Assembly (NCBI RefSeq): GCF_001457595.1
Contig: NZ_LN831039.1
Location: 1,890,001 to 1,922,000 of the forward strand
Direction of reading: 5' to 3'
Source: Mycolicibacterium smegmatis
GTDB lineage: Bacteria; Actinomycetota; Actinomycetes; Mycobacteriales; Mycobacteriaceae
DNA length: 32,000 nucleotides
The translations under genes and the position numbers were made by a program. The notes beneath the pieces are model-generated. The model made no database searches. It saw only the letters and a program-made list of their open reading frames with translations, and had not been told where the DNA came from. This document shows, piece by piece, positions 28,099-32,000 of this stretch (positions within the stretch are counted from its first letter, which is position 1; every line of letters begins with the position of its first letter).

Positions 28099-28654
28099 AC
28101 GCCCGGGACCCGTCGGCCGCGGCCCGTCGCAGGATGGACCGCAGACGCGGCATGTCGTCACCGCCGACGAGTTCGCATCCGTGCAACTCGGCGAGTTTGC
28201 GTGCGGCCGGGGTGAACTCGTTGTTGGACACCACCATGGTTCTGGTGCAGTCCTGCATCGGCGCTCCGGCCACCACCTCCTGCACCGCGCCCGCGCCCAC
28301 CGGCCGGGACTGCCGCTTGCACTGGATCGCGATGCGGTGCGGACGGCGTCCGACGATGAGGTCCACACCCCAGTCCCCGCTCAGCGGGGTCATGATGACC
28401 GGCAGGCCGCACGATCTGGCGATACGCGCGACGTAGTCCTCGAACTCCAGGCCCGACATGTCCGCCGCGGTGCTCTCGCGGGGACCCGGGGTGCGCGCAC
28501 CGCGCACGACGGCGAGGACGAAGCGCGGCAGTGCCGCGAGCGCGAGCGGCACCACCATGCCGATCGCCACCGTCCACGGCAGGCCGGCCCCGGCGAGATG
28601 ACCCGTGAGCGCCGCGGCCAGGCCCACGGCGAGACAGAGCTTGATCCGCGTCAC
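28097..28654 (-). CDS. Membrane-tethered Mrr-like (PD-(D/E)xK) restriction endonuclease domain protein
   Basis: Two hydrophobic N-terminal helices (KLCLAVGLAAALTGHL..., WTVAIGMVVPLALAALPRFVLAVV), then GLEFEDYVARIARSCG, SGDWGVDLIVGRRPHRIAIQCKRQSRPVGAGAVQEVVAG. Confidence 0.82.
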   Translation of the reverse strand: MTRIKLCLAVGLAAALTGHLAGAGLPWTVAIGMVVPLALAALPRFVLAVVRGARTPGPRESTAADMSGLEFEDYVARIARSCGLPVIMTPLSGDWGVDLIVGRRPHRIAIQCKRQSRPVGAGAVQEVVAGAPMQDCTRTMVVSNNEFTPAARKLAELHGCELVGGDDMPRLRSILRRAAADGSRA

Positions 28655-28776
28655 GTGCGCAGATGGTAGAGGTGCGGTGCGACAGGTCGCCGCGACTCAC
28701 GCGGTTGTTCCCGGGTTTAGCACAAGCGGTCGCCGGGAAGTCGTCTCTCGCCGAGAGCAACGAGCCGGGAGATGTG

Positions 28777-29019
28777 ATGGCGATCTGTGCCACCTGTGGA
28801 AACGATTACGACAAAGCCTTCACCGTGAGCTGGGAGGGGCACACCGAAGCGTTCGACAGCATCGAGTGCGCGGCCGCCCACGTGGCACCGGAATGTGCGC
28901 ACTGTGGCTGCCGGATCCTCGGACACGGCCTCGAGGCAGCCGGGACGATGTTCTGCTGTGCGCACTGCGCACGCAAGGCAGGCCACTCCGAGTTGGTCGA
29001 CCGCGAGGCGGTGGGCTGA
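28777..29019 (+). CDS. Small Cys-rich, probable zinc-binding (metallothionein/treble-clef-like) protein
   Basis: MAICATCGNDYDKAFTVSWEGHTEAFDSIECAAAHVAPECAHCGCRILGHGLEAAGTMFCCAHCARKAGHSEL; CxxC, CAHCGC and CCAHC clusters. ATG 28777. Confidence 0.7.
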   Translation: MAICATCGNDYDKAFTVSWEGHTEAFDSIECAAAHVAPECAHCGCRILGHGLEAAGTMFCCAHCARKAGHSELVDREAVG

Positions 29020-29424
29020 GTGGTTCCCAGTCCGTTGCGAAGTCCATCCCGGTCCCTGCGGTCGCCGGACGACGCGACCGATCGCTCGCCCCACGAGAGC
29101 GTTCGGGAGGCGGTGAGGTACGGGACCGTCGCGGCCGGCATCGCCGGGGTGTTCATGGTGTTGTCCACACTCTGGCTCAGCACGTGTGTGGGTGATACGG
29201 CCGACGCCGTCGCGTGCGGCGCGCCGCAGCGGACCCTTCTGACCCTCGCGGCGCCGGGGGCCCTGCTGGCCGCCGGGATGTGGGCGCTCGCGCGCCCGCA
29301 TCACACCGAGACGCCTCGTGAACACGCCCGCGCCTGGCAGGGCGCGGGTCTGGTGCTGCTGACCCTCATGGTCGTCACCCTGGCGGTCTCGCTGCGCCAC
29401 CTCCCCGGGCTGGGGCAGCTGTGA
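29020..29424 (+). CDS. Small membrane protein (position of Rv3289c)
   Basis: GTG start directly abuts the preceding TGA; two TM segments (VAAGIAGVFMVLSTLWLST and TLLTLAAPGALLAAGMWAL) plus VLLTLMVVTLAVSL. Confidence 0.7.
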   Translation: MVPSPLRSPSRSLRSPDDATDRSPHESVREAVRYGTVAAGIAGVFMVLSTLWLSTCVGDTADAVACGAPQRTLLTLAAPGALLAAGMWALARPHHTETPREHARAWQGAGLVLLTLMVVTLAVSLRHLPGLGQL

Positions 29425-30038
29425 CCGCGCCGACGCTGAACGCTCTGGCGCTGGTGTGCAGTCTCAAACGCAGCCCCGCCGATTCCAGCAGCGATCTGAT
29501 GGCCCGGCACGTGTGCGACGACCTCGGCGCGGCCGGCGTGGGCACCGAGATCCTGCGATGCGCCGACTACACGATCGAACCCGGGGTCGAGGCCGACATG
29601 GGCGGTGACGACCAGTGGCCCCAGATCCGCGAGAAGATCCTCGCCGCCGACGTACTGGTGATCTCCACACCGGTGTGGGTCGGTCACCCGTCCAGCATCA
29701 CCCAGCGCGTGCTCGAGCGCCTTGACGCCGAGCTGTCCAACACCGACGACGCCGGCAGGCCCGTACTGGCGGGCAAGGTCGCACTGGTGGCCGTGGTCGG
29801 CAACGAGGACGGCGCCCACAAGACCGTGGCCGACGTGTTCCAGGCGCTCAACGACATGGGGTACAGCATCCCGGCGCAGGGATGCACCTACTGGAACGGC
29901 GAGGCCATGCAGGGCGTCGACTTCAAAGACCTCGACACTGTGCCGGATCCGGTTGCCGGTGCCACCGCGGCGGCCGCGCGCAACGCGGCGCACCTCGCGG
30001 GCCTACTCAGTACCGGCCCGTACCCGCCATACGAGTGA
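29421..30038 (+). CDS. NADPH-dependent FMN reductase / flavodoxin-fold oxidoreductase
   Basis: LALVCSLKRSPADSSSDLMARHV, VLVISTPVWVGHPSSITQRVLERLD, GKVALVAVVGNEDGAHK. GTGA overlap with the preceding stop. Confidence 0.83.
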   Translation: MTAPTLNALALVCSLKRSPADSSSDLMARHVCDDLGAAGVGTEILRCADYTIEPGVEADMGGDDQWPQIREKILAADVLVISTPVWVGHPSSITQRVLERLDAELSNTDDAGRPVLAGKVALVAVVGNEDGAHKTVADVFQALNDMGYSIPAQGCTYWNGEAMQGVDFKDLDTVPDPVAGATAAAARNAAHLAGLLSTGPYPPYE

Positions 30039-30104
30039 TCGTACGAGGCAACGATATTCGCGGACATCCGGGAACATTCGGGAACTTCGGAAAGGAAAGT
30101 GACG

Positions 30105-30404
30105 ATGGCTGACGAACCTGTCGATCATGCCAGGACCACACGACCACACGCCGGCGAGACCATGAAGGACGCCAGAAACCTGCCGGGTCTGGCGATCATC
30201 GGCGTCTCCCTCGTGGTGTTCGTGAGCAGCCTGGTCGCGTTCGCGACCGACCACATGAGCATCGGAGGAATGCTGGTGGGGTTGGCCGCGGTCGGTGCAG
30301 TGGTGGGCGGGGCCTGGCTGGCCACCGAGCACTACCGCGTCCGCAAGAACGAAGAGCGTTGGTACGCAAATCATCCCGGGATCATGCGGCAGCACCCCAG
30401 CTGA
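30105..30404 (+). CDS. usfY: UsfY-like protein
   Basis: MADEPVDHARTTRPHAGETMKDARNLPGLAIIGVSLVVFVSSLVAFATDHMSIG...HYRVRKNEERWYANHPGIMRQ. RBS-like GGAAAGG upstream; synteny with Rv3288c. Confidence 0.8.
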   Translation: MADEPVDHARTTRPHAGETMKDARNLPGLAIIGVSLVVFVSSLVAFATDHMSIGGMLVGLAAVGAVVGGAWLATEHYRVRKNEERWYANHPGIMRQHPS

Positions 30405-30426
30405 CCGGTGCAAGAGAGCGCGAAAA

Positions 30427-30456
30427 GATGGCCCAGCCGAAATCGGCTGGGCCATC
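30427..30456. terminator. Bidirectional intrinsic-type hairpin between convergent usfY and csbD-like genes
   Basis: GATGGCCCAGCCGA-AA-TCGGCTGGGCCATC, 14-bp perfect arms. Preceded on + by AAAA; no long U-tract. Confidence 0.75.
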
Positions 30457-30472
30457 TGCGTATTGCGCCGCA

Positions 30473-30715
30473 TCAGGGTCGCTGTTCGGACTCCTGCCGC
30501 TTCTCGGCTGCCTTTGCCCCGGCACGGGCCGATTCGGCCTCGGCTTCCTTCTTGGCGGCGGCCTGCTGGGCATCGGCCTTGTCCTGCTGGGCCTTGCCTT
30601 CCCGAACCATGTCGTCACGGCCGGTCACGGTGCCGACGGCTTCCTTGGCCTTGCCCTTGACGTCCTCGACGGCGCCCTTGATGCCTTCTTCGGGTCCAGA
30701 ATTCTTCTCGGTCAT
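30473..30715 (-). CDS. CsbD-like stress protein
   Basis: MTEKNSGPEEGIKGAVEDVKGKAKEAVGTVTGRDDMVREGKAQQDKADAQQAAAKKEAE. GGAAAGG RBS just upstream of ATG 30715; alternative ATG 30754. Confidence 0.83.
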   Translation of the reverse strand: MTEKNSGPEEGIKGAVEDVKGKAKEAVGTVTGRDDMVREGKAQQDKADAQQAAAKKEAEAESARAGAKAAEKRQESEQRP

Positions 30716-30779
30716 GGTTACCTTTCCGCTGCCGCGAGTGGATTGGTTGTTCATTGACGCGTCTTCGCGCTTCCTACTG

Positions 30780-30805
30780 ATGCCCGGTATTCCGGGTCCC
30801 GAAAC
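30780..30805 (-). promoter_or_regulatory. SigF-type promoter candidate for the csbD-like gene
   Basis: Minus strand reads GTTT-N16-GGGCAT (GTTTCGGGACCCGGAATACCGGGCAT), matching the mycobacterial SigF pattern GTTT-N15-17-GGGYAT. Confidence 0.6.
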
Positions 30806-30912
30806 GTGATCGGAAACGCGGCCCTGTGCATCGCCCGAGGTCGGAAGGTTTGCCGGTCCACCAGATGGGTACCAAACGAGCCAGGTGATCGAAAGGACTC
30901 TCAATGAAGAAG

Positions 30913-32000
30913 TCAAGCCGCCGCGATGTTTGGGGGTGATTCAGGTTGCCAGGTCCGGTTGTCGCGGATGAGGGCGTAGAGAACGTTGGTGCGCCGTCGT
31001 GCCAGGCAGATGGTGGCGGGGATCGGCCGCTTTCCTTCGTCTCGTTTGCGCTGGTAGTAGGCCTTGGAATCTGGGTCGCAGCGGATCGCGGTCAACGCCG
31101 ACATGTACATGGCTCGGCGCAGTCGGCGACTGTAGCGCTTGGGGGTGTGCAGTCGTTCGGTGCGCTTTCTGGAGTCTCGAGACACTGGTGCCAGGCCGGC
31201 CCAGGCCGCGAGTTGGTCAGCCGATCCGATCAGTGCGGGATCACCGACGGCAGCGAGGAGTTCGGCGCCGAGTCGAAATCCCATGCCGGGCATACTGGTG
31301 ATCACCTCGGCGAGTGGATGGCGGCGAAATCGGCCCTCGATGTCGGCGTCGGTGGTCTTGATGCGGTCATCGAGGGCAATCACCTCCCGTGCCAGATCAG
31401 CGACCAACCCGGCGGCCACCTCTTCGCCGGGCAGACGCACCGTCTGGGTTTTCACCGCGGCCACCGCAGCCCCCGCGATCGAGGCGGCGTTGCGCACACC
31501 GGCATCGGTCAAGACTTTGGTCAGCCGCGAAACACCGCTTTGCCGAATCGCTTTGGGACGCTGGTAGCGCGCCAGCAATACCACCCAGCCACGGTCTTGG
31601 CTCAGTTGGGCGGCTCGTTCCAGGGCCGGGCAGACCGCGACGAGTTGTTGGCGCAGCCGGTTTATTGTGCGGGTGCGGTCGGCCACGAGGTCGGCGCGAT
31701 GGCCGGTGAGCATCCGCAACTCGCTGATCAAGTCATCATTGGGATGCAGAACGGGCAAGTCCTGCCCGCGCATCCGCGACTGGTCGGCGATCACCCGTGC
31801 ATCTTTGGCGTCGGTTTTGGCCTCCCCACCGCGGTAGGTCGCCGAGGCCTGCCACACCGCCCGGCCGGCCAGGTACCGGACCGTTTTGCCAGCGTCGGCC
31901 AGCACCGTCAACAACAGGGCGGCATACACCGTGGTCAGGTCCACCGCCCACAACACTCGCTCGGCCAGCTCGTCGATTTCAGCCACGAGCTCTCGGATCG
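30913..32000 (-). CDS. IS110-family transposase, N-terminus beyond window
   Basis: DLTTVYAALLLTVLADAGKTVRYLAGRAVWQASATYRGGEAKTDAKDARVIADQSRMR (DEDD domain) and SMPGMGFRLGAELLAAVGDPALIGSADQLAAWAGLAPVSRDSRKR...RYSRRLRRAMYMSAL (transposase_20 domain). The frame stays open to the window edge. Confidence 0.92.
   Translation of the reverse strand, partial: IRELVAEIDELAERVLWAVDLTTVYAALLLTVLADAGKTVRYLAGRAVWQASATYRGGEAKTDAKDARVIADQSRMRGQDLPVLHPNDDLISELRMLTGHRADLVADRTRTINRLRQQLVAVCPALERAAQLSQDRGWVVLLARYQRPKAIRQSGVSRLTKVLTDAGVRNAASIAGAAVAAVKTQTVRLPGEEVAAGLVADLAREVIALDDRIKTTDADIEGRFRRHPLAEVITSMPGMGFRLGAELLAAVGDPALIGSADQLAAWAGLAPVSRDSRKRTERLHTPKRYSRRLRRAMYMSALTAIRCDPDSKAYYQRKRDEGKRPIPATICLARRRTNVLYALIRDNRTWQPESPPNIAAA
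30913..32000 (-). mobile_element. Partial IS110-family insertion sequence; the right boundary lies between about 30806 and 30912 and is not resolved
   Basis: Near-complete transposase ORF; this family lacks typical terminal inverted repeats, so the edge cannot be called from one copy. Confidence 0.8.

Noticed and set aside
28179-28793. Overlapping minus and plus ORFs (28158-28793 minus, 28181-28669 plus) around the Mrr-like gene
   Set aside because: Alternative-frame shadows; only the 28097-28654 frame has domain motifs.
1-32000. CRISPR arrays, tRNA/rRNA genes, prophage or toxin-antitoxin modules
   Set aside because: No regularly spaced repeats, structural RNA sequences, phage structural genes or convincing TA pairs were found by reading; a dedicated tRNAscan/CRISPR/Infernal search was not possible.

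Overview
This 32 kb, high-GC window is a mycobacterial chromosomal segment that resembles Mycobacterium smegmatis. The gene order parallels the M. tuberculosis Rv3303c-Rv3288c neighbourhood (lpdA, glpD2, a pseudouridine synthase, nei, lhr, pcd, lrpA, lat, a membrane protein, usfY), recalled from general knowledge and not searched. Extra modules lie between these genes: a FabR/DesT-like TetR regulator divergent from a reductase + acyl-CoA desaturase pair, a TetR / FAD-oxidoreductase pair, an ECF sigma factor coupled to a frameshifted cupin_5 gene, and several cupin and oxidoreductase genes. The right edge is the 3' part of an IS110-family transposase next to a csbD-like gene and a good SigF-type promoter. 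No convincing new defence or mobile system is visible. The best leads are: (i) a repeated palindromic operator in the desaturase divergent promoter, (ii) a single-base frameshift in the DUF985/cupin_5 gene, (iii) hairpins that contain both stop codons of convergent gene pairs, (iv) a tandem repeat before lat that could be an Lrp box, (v) a membrane-tethered Mrr-like nuclease beside a Cys-rich small protein operon, (vi) an acidic 57-aa ORF missing from the supplied track, and (vii) an IS110 insertion at what appears to be a synteny break near the sigF locus.
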